From the NCBI RefSeq assembly GCF_006345805.1, contig NC_043008.1, positions 3,782,001 through 3,846,000 on the forward strand: 64,000 nucleotides of DNA. Reading direction: 5' to 3'. Numbering within the stretch: the first letter of the stretch is position 1; each line of letters opens with the position of its first letter. A program made the translations under genes and the position numbers. Positions 39,555-53,368 of the stretch are shown here, piece after piece. This DNA is from Octopus sinensis (taxonomy: Eukaryota). Under the pieces are notes generated by a model, which was not told the origin of the DNA, made no database searches, and saw only the letters and a list, made by a program, of their open reading frames with translations.

Positions 39555-39725
39555 ATTGACATTCAACCTAACAGAAATATCCTGCTGTCCTAGAAAGGTA
39601 AGATACACAGCATACTATGGTCTGAGAAGAAATATTTCTGAAAAAAAGATACGGATAGTCGTGATTCAAATACCTTCGATTATAGGTTCGCTGGATCAAG
39701 CCTGACGTGGAGCTAAACAACAAAG
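39555..39725 (+). mobile_element. (AAC)n-tailed dispersed repeat copy
   Basis: GGATAGTCGTGATTCAAATACCTTCGATTATAGGTTCGCTGGATCAAGCCTGACGTGGAGCTAAACAACAA. Confidence 0.55.
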
Positions 39726-40021
39726 ATAACCACGAATTTACAGTGGAGCGGTATGGAATAGTGAGACTCGGTGCATTTCTTAAGCTCCTTAGTGACGTAA
39801 GTGAAGTGAAGTGAATTAACTTCTATCAGAATCGAAACCACAAAGTAGCTCCGAGTGACGGAACATTTTCTCTGCTGCATAGCGTAGCATGGCTTCCGCT
39901 TTTAAGAAGCCCGTATTGAATGAGTATCGGTTTTAATCTTTAACATTTTATATGAAGTTTTGAAAGTATTATAAGATTATATGAATATAGATATATAGAC
40001 ATGTATACGTATGTATATATA

Positions 40022-40084
<63 letters not shown>

Positions 40085-40178
40085 ATATATATATATCATC
40101 ATGTATATGTGTATCTAGTTTATATATACTCACACATATAAATGATGATATATAGTGAAACATATTTATAACTGTTGT

Positions 40179-40266
40179 AAATCTATCAATTTACAAGTCG
40201 ACTAATCTGAGAATTGCATTCTAAATCTAGCAATTTACAAGTCGAATACTTGGAGAATGGGCTGTA
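40179..40266. repeat. Two-copy 44-bp diverged tandem repeat
   Basis: AAATCTA(T/G)CAATTTACAAGTCGA..GAGAAT at 40179 and 40223. Confidence 0.75.
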
Positions 40267-40740
40267 AAAATGTCTGTATTGGTTCAGCTGCAAATAAAGC
40301 AGCCATTACAAAGTCCTTTACTGTGCTTTTTATTGCCATAATAACTATTCTCTTCTTTTAAAGAATTCTCATGGAATTAATTCTCTATTTGACGAACGTA
40401 GAGAAAAAAATCGCGTCATGTGTGCGTGTGTGCTCTCTTGTTTTGTTTTGTTTTCCACCAAATTGAGGAGACAGCGTATCCGACGCTTGGGATTCATGAA
40501 AAAAATGTCTATTTTGCTGAAATTGTGTGCTGTCGTTTGAAAACCAATTATTGTCATTTTAAGTTATTCTCAGCTATAACTTTTTTATGTTGTCCAATAT
40601 TGAATACGTATATATTAATGTTACATCACACACTATTATATTAATATCTTATATATATATATGAGTGCATGAGAGAGTATGTGCATCTATATATCTATAT
40701 ATATATATATATATATATAAATATATAAATATATATCTTT

Positions 40741-40774
<34 letters not shown>

Positions 40775-40830
40775 CACACACGCAACACACACGCAACACA
40801 CACACATACACACACACACATATATATATG

Positions 40831-40900
<70 letters not shown>

Positions 40901-41444
40901 TATATACACGCTAATATCGAACAGCGATACTGAGTGTTCAACACTGCTTTTGTGGATATCATTTGCTTTATTTGTGGGATAACAAAGCAACTATTGGTTT
41001 CATTTAAAGTGCGGTCTTTTAATAATTTTAAATCCTGTTGCATGGAAGCGTTGGCACTCGTCTTCATTGTCAATGAGAATGCTCGAAATTACACGAGACT
41101 GTTCGGGTTTACAGGATACATAAATATAAGGATCATGAAAGGCAACTTATAAGGAAATATTAATTGTTGTCTCTCTTACAAGCTTTACAACGAACGTCTT
41201 TCAAGATGAGTTTATTCCTTAGTCAATTTATATAAGAACGTTTGTGCAAGTCCAAATTTTTGTATATATATATATGAATATACATGTATCTATATATGCA
41301 CATCTGTACAAAATATGAGCTCACACATACATATATATGTGCATAAATACGTGCGCGCGAACACATACACACCTATACTATGTGTTTCGTTCGCGTTGTA
41401 ATATGTGTACATAATTGTATAGTTCCACAAATTTTAATCCAAAT

Positions 41445-42895
41445 TCAGTCCATGTGGTTATAACGTAACATTATAATGTATGTATGATTTTCGGTAATGC
41501 AGAGCTCGCATTTACTGCACCGTCCCGTGTACTTGCTGGTCTTAGTTATAATGCTCCACTTTATATAGGTGTTGCTCACGTTCCTCTCTTTAAGTGTCCT
41601 TACCATATTGGATAAAAGAGTTCTCTGTTTTATGTTTTTATCTCTGAGTGAAGCCACGTGCTGTGCATATTCTCTTTGAATATGTTTCCCGTCATTGCAT
41701 TGTAAGTCTTTGTTTTTCTGTTCAAATCCGTAATGCTGGCCTTATACACTAATTCTGTCTCCACGAACCTAATTTTTCAGGGGTCAATTACAGGAGATAT
41801 TCTTAATGTTGTTATTTTTATTGTAGTTGAAAACGATCAACTCTATGTTTAGGAGGCAACTGTAGTTAGCTTTAACCACATTTGAAGATCTTGTTGTATT
41901 TATGTGAGTGAGGGAAGTGGTTATATTTACTAGCTATGTTCATGGCTGCGTTCAGGTTATATGAGGGATTGTACCATAACATTTTCCTGTGTCTACGTCT
42001 TCTTGGTCGATCTACATTTGATTCGATATTCGTTATACTGCTCTTTAAAGTGGGCTTTTCTGATGCAACGTTGTAGTATGAGGCAGCCTTTTATAAAATG
42101 CTTTGTGAGGGAATAGGTTGGAAACATGCCGATTAATTTTATTATGTAATTGTTTGAATATTGACAGTCGGTGGTTAGAACCTATGACAATAGAGGAAGT
42201 GACATCATCCGATTTATGGTCGAGTTTAAATTTGCCTGTATTAACATTGATATTAATGTCTTGGAAATTAATTATTTTAAAATTAGTGTTCATTGTAGTT
42301 CTTAGGTTCACTTTCCTAAATATTTTGCATAATTATTTACTTGTCTTACCCATAACGTGTTCATTTTTGTTATGTACTTTTCCAAGACAGTTGTCCCTAC
42401 ATAGCCGTATGTCAGCTAAACTTATCTCGCCTGTAAGGACATCTAGGCTGTAAAGGTAAACCAGATCTGCCATCTTTGCACCATCATAACTCCTCATCGT
42501 GACATCAAAGAGTCAATCCCCATTCTTTTTAGCCCAATAGGAATTATCCTCAAAAAGTAATGATTTCCTTGCAGTCATTATAAGGGGCTATGTGTGTATT
42601 AGTACCTTTTGAAGTAGGTGTTTGGAGATCGAAGGGTAAAACTCCACGATATGGAACTGCATATATTTGCATTTGGGCATAGCTTCGATTTACTTGAACC
42701 ATTCGATGGTTGCACTGCTGTGTATCCATTGAATAAGGTTTGCTGTGTCGTATGGTGTTGTTTCTGAAAATGCCTATTTCGCTTTTCGTGGGATTTATCA
42801 ATATACAGCAGAAGTTTTACGTAAAATTACCTTAGTGGTCTTTCAGGGATGTGTCGTTCCATATACATGAAAATGTTGAGATATTTAGCAACGTA
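41445..42895 (-). pseudogene. Decayed Penelope-like retroelement ORF (RT plus C-terminal GIY-YIG endonuclease)
   Basis: Minus strand gives, in order: SLKDH, LINPTKSEIG, VEFYPSISK, WAKKNGD*LFDVTMRSYDGAKMADLV, LCRDNCL (YRDD-like), IINFQDININVNTGKFK, LVYKASI, KWSIITKTSKY..KCELCITE. Multiple stops and frameshifts. Confidence 0.85.
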
Positions 42896-43618
42896 TCTGT
42901 GGAGAAAGATAACAGTTTCGTTCCTAATTTTCGATTCTAGTTTCAAGTTAACTACAGGAATAGCCCATGATGGGATACCATGCATATACACACTGGTCGC
43001 ATACATCGTGTTATCTTTACATTCGTTGCTAATGGTGTACAGAAAAACAAAAATAAACAAATAAGATGCTTTAGTCACGTTATTTTATTATCTGATAGTA
43101 TTCAATTGTGAAAGTTTTCAATATTCACAAGTAACAAAAGCCATAAGGTTTGGTCATATTCATTTGTTTTAAAACAAAAACAGCAAAAAGGAAAAGAATT
43201 TATTTGATACAGAGGTCAGTCGCAAGCCTCCAAATTGCACATTACTAAGCGGAAATAGACTGTTAAAAAATAACAACAACAACATAATACAATAATAAAG
43301 GCAATTAAGCATCAAGAAGACGAAGGAGAATCAGTTTATAAACGAAGAAACAAATATTAATAACAATACCCAGAAGTCATATTAGTTCATCAACTTCAAA
43401 AAAAGCAAAAAATTCCCGTTAGTTAGTCAAAGTATAAACTGAAATCAAAATACAATTCAAGAAGACAACAATTAAAACCGTCAAAAAAGCAACCCCCGTC
43501 ACCCTGCGCTGCAAAACCGTTTGTTTAAGCAACAATTCCTATAATTCATTGTTGTTGAGGCTCCACTAAAGCAAGTAATTAAAGAACTTTACTATTTTTA
43601 ATTTCTAATAATTCTTAT

Positions 43619-43668
<50 letters not shown>

Positions 43669-44255
43669 TCTCTCTCTCTCACACACACGCTATATATATA
43701 TGTGTGTGTGTGTGTGTGCGTGTATGTATGTATGTATATGTAAGTGTATGAATATATATTACGTGTCTGTGTGTGTATGGGACTGTGTGTGTGTGAGTGT
43801 GTGTGTGTGTGTGAGTGTGTGTGTGTGTGGGTGTGTGTGTGCATAATATCGTTTTCCTCTGCTAAAAACAAATGCCCGCATACGTCACACATCAGCCATC
43901 ACACATCACACGTGACTTCGTCTCTTCATCTCAGCGACCAAGGTATGTGGCGTCATGTAGTCACAGGAAGAATAATTTCTCTTCTCTTTCGTTTTATTTT
44001 TTTTTCTTTCTATTGATTAACAAATTAATGGTTATGTTTGTGTGCAAACAGGCTATTCTCTCTCGTGTCGTTATTGTTACTTTCGCTGGAATCGGTCAAC
44101 TAAGGCACATTATAATGTTCAAGAACAATGCCATTGTCTTTGCGCAAAAACACTCCGCACCACCAGATAGTTTGCTCAATAACCACGCAATCAACAAACA
44201 TCACACGACCACACTCGTTACGACATTGCTCTACCAATCTAAATAAACCACCACA

Positions 44256-45033
44256 CTTCCTTCTTTCATTCCTTCATTCCTTCACTCATTCCTTCACTCA
44301 TTCCTTCCTTCCTTCCTTCCTTCCTTCACTCATTCCTTCCTTCCTTCCTTCCTTCACTCATTCCTTCCTTCATTCCTTCCTTCCTTCCTTCCTTCCTTCA
44401 CTCATTCCTTCCTTCCTTCCTTCCTTCACTCATTCCTTCACTCATTCCTTCCTTCCTTCCTTCCTTCCTTCCTTCCTTCACTCATTCCTTCCTTCCTTCA
44501 TTCCTTCACTCATTCCTTCACTCATTCCTTCCTTCCTTCCTTCCTTCCTTCATTCATTCCTTCCTTCCTTCCTTCCTTCACTCATTCCTTCCTTCCTTCA
44601 CTTCTTCCTTCCTTCCTTCACTTCTTCCTTCCTTCCTTCACTCATTTCTTCCTTCCTTCCTTCACTTCTTCCTTCCTTCCTTCCTTCACTCATTCGTTCC
44701 TTCCTTCCTTCTTTCCTTCCTTTCTTCTTTCCTTCCTTCCTTCCTTCACTCATTCCTTCCTTCCTTCACTTCTTCCTTCCTTCACTTCTTCCTTCCTTCA
44801 CTTTTTCCTTCCTTCCTTCCTTCACTCATTCCTTCCTTCCTTCCTTCCTTCCTTCTTTCCTTCCTTCCTTCCTTCACTCATTCCTTCCTTCCTTCACTTC
44901 TTCCTTCCTCCTTCCTTCCTTCCTTCACTTCTTCCTTCCTTCACTCATTCGTTCCTTCACTTCTTCCTTCCTTCCTTCCTTCACTCATTCCTTCCTTCCT
45001 TCCTTCACTTCTTCCTTCATTCCTTCCATCCTT
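44256..45033. repeat. ~780-bp pyrimidine-rich tetramer satellite (TTCC/TTCA/CTCA)n
   Basis: Almost G-free strand of 4-bp units with recurrent CTTCACTCATTCCTT. It accounts for the 321-aa SFLP ORF. Confidence 0.95.
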
Positions 45034-46036
45034 CAGTATATCTTTCGATCTCTCTACTTTGTTCTCCCGTTGAGCAAATATATTTGTGTGTGAATGCGTT
45101 TATTTATGAGTATGTAGTATAAATATATACATATATATATATATGTGTGTGTGTGTTTGTGTGTATACACCCGTATATATATATATATGAATACGCATAC
45201 ACAAACACACACACACACACATACACACACACAAACACAATATTTGTATATATGTATTAGATATGACTACGTATTAAGACAGGTGTATTTCTTTAAAATA
45301 ATTATTAATACTAGCAGTACCTGTGGAAATTCCACGGTTATCTTGTAAATTAGATGATGGAATTGTATATTTTTGTAAAACATTTGATTGCTGAGAACGT
45401 GTAAAAATTCACATAGGAGATAATATTGAAGGTGCAGTTGTCTGTCTGTCTGTCTATCTATCAGTCGATCTATCTATCTGTCCGTCTGTCAATCTATCTA
45501 TCTGACTATCTATCTGTACGTGTGTGTGTGTCTATCTATGAATTTATCTCTCTATTCTACTTATAGTTCTGTCGATGTATGCATCTGTCTCTTCTAACAA
45601 TAAGGACAAACATTTAAAACAATCAACTGCAGGTAAAATACCTAAATAATTGCGGTGCCCCAGCATGGACTGAGCCTTTGGGATGCTACACAAGGAAAGG
45701 TAAAAGTAACATCTACAGATTAGCTAAGATTATTTCACTTTAAGTTAGTTCTGTCGATATATATAGCCGCCCGTCTATCTATTTCCTATCCGCCAAGGAA
45801 TCTATCAATCCACAGAGGCACATCGACCGATTGAAGATATAGAAACGGCTGATCATGAAAACTTTTAACAACAAATAAACTGTTGTTTTAAATTTCTGTC
45901 ACAATATTCTATTATACGACATTTAGAATTATGTACTTGCTTTCAGTCAACACTCACTCAATCTTTCTTTGACTCTCCCTTTAACAGGTTCATTTTTCTC
46001 TCAATCTGTTATATCTATTCTTTCAATTAACGTACC

Positions 46037-46325
46037 TATTTCTTTACTATCTCGGCGGAATTTGAACTCAGAACGTAACGACAAACGAAATACCTATTTC
46101 TTTACTACCCACAAGGGACTACATACAAAGGGGACAAACAAGGACAGACAAACGGATTAAGTCGATTATATCGACCCCAGTGCGTAACTGGTACTTATTT
46201 AATCGACCCCGAAAGGATGAAAGGCAAAGTCGACCTCGGCGGAATTTGAACTCAGAACGTAGCGGCAGACGAAATACCGCTAAGTATTTCGCCCGGCGTG
46301 CTAACCTTTCTGCCAGCTCGCCGCC
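46037..46325 (-). mobile_element. Full-length young Nin-domain tRNA SINE with re-started tail
   Basis: Reverse complement of the SINE at 600-833. 15-bp TSD TTCAATTAACGTACC (46022-46036 and 46326-46340). An extra ~57-bp internal segment is repeated after the first tail. Confidence 0.92.
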
Positions 46326-49300
46326 TTCAATTAACGTACCACACAACGTCATAGCAATAACTTTCACACCGCTAGCTTTCTTCTTTCTTTCTTTCAGCCT
46401 CTCCCATACCTGTTGCTTCCTCTTTGGGATTATCTTTATCTCTTCCCTATATTAAAACCTTAATACTCGGTCTCTTTAAATGTAAGCTATATATATTTCG
46501 TACTATTCTCAATAAATTCGTATTATCTTGTTTTCTTATTTTGATATCCTTACCTATTAACCTCTTATCTCTTATAAGTTGTTACTGTTCTTAAACAGAG
46601 ATCTATATACTTTCTAGTTACTTAAGTCTATGCCAGTTGATTATAATATATCCATAGTAACGTATAAATATTTGTGTACGTTTGCGTGTGCACATAGATA
46701 AATATGTGTGTTTATCATTACACAATCTTAATTTTTTTTCTGATTCTTAGCTTAAAATTAATATATGGATAGCATGTTTATCTTTCCAGTATTCCATAAG
46801 TAAATTCCCAGAGCAGTTTTTATAGAAACCACCTAATAAGTAAATAATTAAGTACATGAATATCAAACTGATTCTATGTAATCTTCCCTTTTTAATGTTG
46901 AAAATTAATAAATATATACACATTTTATCTATTTTGATTATATCATTTTTGATAATCTTAAAATTATCTTTATACAACATAACAATATTATTTATAAACA
47001 ATCACCCACAGTACACAATGATAAAATTTCCTGTCTTAACACCATAGGTTTTATTAGCGTTTTGCCCCTTTAACATCTTGATTCGGTGTCTTCCCCTACC
47101 CAGCCTCCTTTATAGACAGTTACTTTAATAATACTCCTAAAATCTTGACAATATTTATGACCATACCTAGCTATGAGCTGTCAACTCACTCCTGCCCTCT
47201 ATTCTAAACAGACATAGTCCTCTAATCTAGATTTAGTAGTTGATAAAAATACTAATACATTTAAAATGAACCACAATCCTTTACAAGCTATGACCCCAAC
47301 AGACTTCATGCATTTCTTAGAAGTGTAGTCTATTCTTAGCTACAATAGCGACAACATGGATTTCTTCTACCAGAAGAGACACGACAGGTAGACTGACAGA
47401 AGACGTGACGTACACACACACACAAACACACAGATAGACACACACACACACACACACACAGACACATTTATATACAAACATACATTCTCATTATATAGTA
47501 TACATTTGTGCTTGGGGGTACGTAGGTGTGTGTTTGTGTGTGTGTATGTATATATGTATGAGTATGTCGCAGGCGTGTGTGGTTATATATGTATGTATGT
47601 ACATACGTATGTGTGTGGGAGTTCCGTTATGATGGACGACAGAAACTTTGCATGTGAACATCTGTTGTCAACATATCAACCCCTTCTCCCCTTCCTCACA
47701 CCTACCTTCCTTCCCCTCCTCAACGTTTTGGAAGTTACTTGTGTGTGTGTGTGTGTCTGTGTGTCTGTGTGTGTGTGTGTATACATGTACCTACGTATTT
47801 ACTTACGTATGTGTGTGTCGTGTCCATCGTCCACCAAGCCCCGCCATTGCTGGAAATTATCCTAATTTAGATAGGATAGGAAAGGATGTTTCTATATCTT
47901 CCTCACTACACCTATTTCTTGAGTAAATGGCAATTTGAAATTCAGAAATACGATGCAACAAACTTCAGCTGTGCATACACACACACACATACATATTCAA
48001 ATATACGTACATACATACATACATACATACATACATACATTCATACATACATAAATACATACATACATAATACATACATACATACATACATACATACATA
48101 CATACATACATACATACATAATACATACATACATACATACATAGATACATACATACATACGTCTATTTACCGGAGTACAAAATTGAAGCTAAAGCGAAAT
48201 CGAATTACATTAAAATAAATTTTTGCTGATGTCATTGTTAAAATAATTTACAATATTTTGAAATTGGAAATTCAAAAATTAAATTCGCAGTTTTGTTTTT
48301 TGTTTCACACAATGTTTAGTTTACTTGTTTAAGGACAACATTAATTAAAATACTGAAATTCTTCAACCGTTCTGTCAACCGTTTGATATTCGTTAAAGCT
48401 ATTTCACAAAGAAAATGTTATATTTTGCAATAATGAACCAAAACTATGGCGAAAGTATAAGTAAAAGAAATAAGAAAATGTAAAGTGTAGAAATACATAA
48501 AAAAGAACATACATCCCTGTAAACTCAAAACTTCAATCAGCTTGTCATATGTAGCAATTAGATGGGTGTTTATGCCTTTGGTGAGAAAAAGTGAGTACTG
48601 TAAATTATGTCGATACATTTTACAAGTACTAATTGGCTCACCATACCGTTTAAAGAGAAGATCAGAAATTTTGATCATGACATTTTGCAATTTCTTGTAT
48701 TTCTATCTCTTTTAGACATTTATCTATTTTGTTTTAGTTGTTTGTTTATTTATTTTGTAATTACTTTTTGCGTTACCGACGTTTTGTGCAGTCAGATATT
48801 CTTGGCCCGATCTCAAAGTAGCGTTCATTTGCTCTGGCGACGGAATTACAGAGTTGCCTGATCCAGAAGAGAGACTCCGAGCTGCCTGCGGGCAAATGTT
48901 TCTTCTGTCCTCTATCTAATAAAACCACATTTCGTGTAAAACGGTAGCATACTATTCAACTAGCGTAAATATCTCTACTGACTGCTAATGATTCTTCATG
49001 ATGAATGATAAATAAAAATGAGTCCCGAAGACAAAGAGTACTCTCCAACTCTCTCACCCTCAGACTCCCTCACTTTCTCACACACACACTCTCTCTCTCT
49101 CTCTCTTTCTCTCTCCCCCGCTTCTTTCTTTCTACCTTTCTTTCTTGGAGGCTGAGTCCGCAGGCCAGTGTTATGGTTTCGATTTTGATCTATTTAACTT
49201 CTTTTACGTCGTTAATACTCACGCTAAAGGCATGAACATGACAAATTAGTATTTGTTTCACCTTATTCAACAATTCGTTTTCTGCTTCTTTTTTTTTTAT

Positions 49301-51488
49301 AAGCGTATATATGTATGTGTGTGTGTTATTACATAAACACACACACACACACATATATATATATTCGTGCACACATATACATACGAATGGGCATTTTTAT
49401 AGGTGCGCACATGTCTGTGTGTGTGTATACATGTATATAGAAATAGACGCACGCAGACACACACATTCCTAATTACTTGTTGCGCACACCCATTGAATAA
49501 ATGTGTTGATTACATGACTCAAGGCGTATCCGTCAAGTTTATGGCGTTATCTACCACATTAAACGATGCTAAGTACGTTCAATATTTTGCCATAATATTT
49601 TGCCTCATAAATCACACTGGGAGAATTTTCATTGCCTTTCTAATAATTTGTTCAAGTCTAGGATAAATTAACTTGCTTCATTTCCTTTCGACTTGTGTTT
49701 CACATTATATTCAATCGCACGAGGCTGACAATACCAGTTTCCAGTAACACGACCGAGTAACCCAATAGTAACAACCTACTGAATGAGCCTAGATACATTA
49801 TTCCACTTTACCCTAGCACTAAGTTTTTTCTTTCTCGTTCATTAACATCAAGGTGCGCGCGCACATATATGTGTGTGTGTGTGTTTTAAAGTGTTATCAA
49901 TTCTGTTCTTTCACAACTCCAGATGTTCTTGGACAGTAATTTCATATTTTCTTGTTAGAATAGATTTGCTGGTTTCTCTGAGTTCGATAATATTCGTATC
50001 GATATCTACTTTACAATATTACTCGGTAGACTAGTTCTGTTGCTAGACGTTTGTAACCAGTGGCATCTTTAATGATAAATTCGAGTCAACGGCAAGTATT
50101 TTTCAATTAACATACACATCATACATGGAGTTAATACAGAACATACCTGCAAATTGATTAAAATGCATATGCAAATAACATGTTGAAGTATTTTACGAAA
50201 TAATTTATTCTTTTAGCTGTTATTGTTTAGTCAGAGAAGAGACTGTAGAAGATCTTAGCTTATTGCAGGGAAGCAAAAGGGAAAGAAACCATGGTTCATG
50301 GATTCTCCTTGAATTGAAAATTTGCTTTGAGTAGAGTTGAACAAGAAAGGTTGTGTCAAATCAGCAATGATTTAAGTCTATGCTATGATTTGATTGCAAG
50401 AACTTCAATTAACTTGAAACTTGAGAAGCGTATACGATGAAGAAATACGTGATTGGATCTAGAAACAAAGCAATTTCATTCGATTTTCACATTCTATACA
50501 ACAAATTATAGTAGTTTGATTAAAAAGCACGGCTCATTGATTTGCCTAAATGGCAATCTGTAAACCATGTAAAGCATTTATCTTCAAATTAAAAGGAAGG
50601 TGACGAAAAACCATCTGCCAAAAGAATGGTGTATACATAAAAATTATAGAAATTATTAGCTCGATCTGTTCATTACTAGCATGGAAATCATTGCATATTC
50701 CAAGGGTACCGGAAGCACTAGTTTCTGCCATTGATCTAAATTGAATTCAGATAGAAATACAATCATCCGTAATAAACATAATCTATGCTTTCATTCTGTT
50801 TTAACTTGCAGCTAACTGAATCGTTTGTGATTAACAAGCAGTTGGCCTTTGCACACAAATATATTTGTTTCTAATCAGAATGGTTAATTTAGAGTGTGTC
50901 TTAGGAAGGTTGTGATATAGAATAATCAGGAAGCAATCAGCTTCGATCTGAATTACATCAAAGCGATTTGATGAAAGCAAACTAGTAAATGCACACACGC
51001 ATGCGTGTGCACTTGCACAAGCGTACAAATTTATACAATTATACAAATATATATAATATACAATATAATTATACAATATATATATATAATATATATATTA
51101 TATATATATATATACATGAAAATACATGCATATGTATATATATATATAATATATACTGACAGACACACAGACAGACATACAAACAAGTATGCATATAATT
51201 ATACATGCATGCATATATTTATTTATATATATACACACACACACATATATACATACATATGTACACACACGGGCACATTTGTAATCTCTACAACAAAGCA
51301 TCTCTCGCTCTCCATATGATACATAGTGTTTATACACACATACACCCACCCACATATAGATTTAAGCATTCATGTATATATATACACACACACACACACC
51401 TCACATATACATGTGTATGTATATATATATGATATATATACACACACACACACTTCACATACATATGTGTATGTATGTATATATAATA

Positions 51489-51521
<33 letters not shown>

Positions 51522-52195
51522 CCTATATGGGGGTTGTGTGTATTTATAAATGTGGTGATATATATAACCATAATTGCACTACACACATTGCAAAATTACT
51601 AGAATCCCTGATTCCTTGGAATTAAGTAGATGGAATAAACAGAATTTGACATGTTGCCGTTTTCAGTTGCGTTCGCTTTGAACAGCTCCCTATCAATTTC
51701 CAGTAGGCGTCTAATCATGTTTTTCTGTGCTCGAAAATATAACACATTAACACATAAAATGGCACTGAAGAACAATTTTTAGCTCTCTGTAGGTGTATAT
51801 CTAATATAAACTTTGGACTCGAATATTTTCGCGGTGATTTATGTACAACTTGGACTAAGGGGTGTGTTACTTTCTTAAGTTTGAAAAAGATACAAGAGTT
51901 ACAAGGTAAATGACGTGTACTAACTATGTTTCGCTGATGTTTTATATACTTTTCTAGAGAAATGAAAAAAAAAAGTTAATTTCGTTGCCTGGCAGAAATA
52001 TAAACATCTAAAGCAGACCATAAATTATTGCCAAGTTTACACAAATTGCACAGGAGTAGAAAATACAAACATATCATATGCACATTTCCTTATTACTTTG
52101 GCATATATTTACTCTTTATACATAAATACATACGTACATATACATACATATATACACACAGACATATGCATACATACGTGTATATATATATACAT

Positions 52196-52282
<87 letters not shown>

Positions 52283-52308
52283 CATGCATACATGTATATA
52301 TATATATG

Positions 52309-52357
<49 letters not shown>

Positions 52358-52787
52358 CCACACACACATTTAGGTTATATTCTGTTATCAGTTCGTCCAC
52401 GTTCAAATTTCTCTTGGTGCTATTGAGCAGAAGTATTATACGTTACTGCCAGATTTGTGTTGGGGCTTCTGTAGTGTGTGAACGGATAATTGAATAAGTT
52501 GGAGTCAACAGGAAGGAGTAGAGAGGAACATTTATTTGTAGCCACTACAGTTGTTTCCACGCAGCGTAGTCGCAGGGAAGCGGTTGCATAACCAAATACC
52601 TAAAAAAAACCTGGAGAACTGCGTTGCGTGGAAAGAATTGTAGAGATTACAAATAAATGTTCCTCTGCACTCCTTCTTGTTGACTCTTGTTGACTCCAAT
52701 TTATTCAATAGAAAGAAAGAGAGACACACAGACACAGACAGACAGACACACAGACAGACACACAAACACATACACACACACATCTAC

Positions 52788-52951
52788 GCAGGTATGAGTG
52801 TGGTGTGGTAAGAATTTTTCTTCCCAATCACATGACTTCAAGTTCAGTTCCACTGCATAGCCAATTGCCTTCTACTCTAGCGTCGGGACGGCCTAGACCA
52901 TGTCAGTGGATTTGATACAAGGATAGTGAAAGAATCCAGTCACTGTGTGTG

Positions 52952-52986
<35 letters not shown>

Positions 52987-53310
52987 TGTTTATGTCCCCG
53001 TAACTTAGTGATTCAGCATAATAGACCGATAGTCCGATAGAATAAGTACCAGACCTGAAAAAAAGGTATTTCAATGTTGCACCCCAGCAACGCCGCATTT
53101 GAATAGCTCCAACAAATAAAAGATAAATTAATATAACAGTATATAAGTGGAACATTCCGGACAAGTGTCTTCAGCTGTAGGCTCGCTCCGACCAAAGCGC
53201 TGTGAAAAGAGCGAGACGAAAATAGAAAAGTAGTGTGGTCGATTTGCACAACTAAGTCCTTTAGAACGGTGTCCCAGTATGGCCGCCGCACACCAATGAT
53301 TCAAACAAAA
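52788..53310 (+). mobile_element. Degenerate copies of a second tRNA-derived SINE family
   Basis: GTGTGGTAAGAATTTTTCTTCCCAATCACATGACTTCAAGTTCAGTTCCACTGC head, GGACAAGTGTCTTCAGCTGTAGGCTCGCTCCGACCAAAGC, AATAAGTACCAG, and CCCCAGCAACGCCGC tail motifs. Confidence 0.6.
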
Positions 53311-53320
53311 ATAACGCATA

Positions 53321-53368
<48 letters not shown>

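Noticed and set aside
40179-40266. Short direct repeats suggestive of a CRISPR array
   Set aside because: Only two units, the apparent spacers are themselves similar, there are no cas genes, and the context is eukaryotic.
42512-42514. In-frame TGA in the Penelope RT as a possible selenocysteine codon
   Set aside because: The copy has many other stops and frameshifts. A simple GGA/CGA to TGA mutation explains it, and no SECIS is evident.
44128-45093. 321-aa ORF
   Set aside because: Translation of the (TTCC)n tract, which cannot contain stop codons on this strand. No domain.
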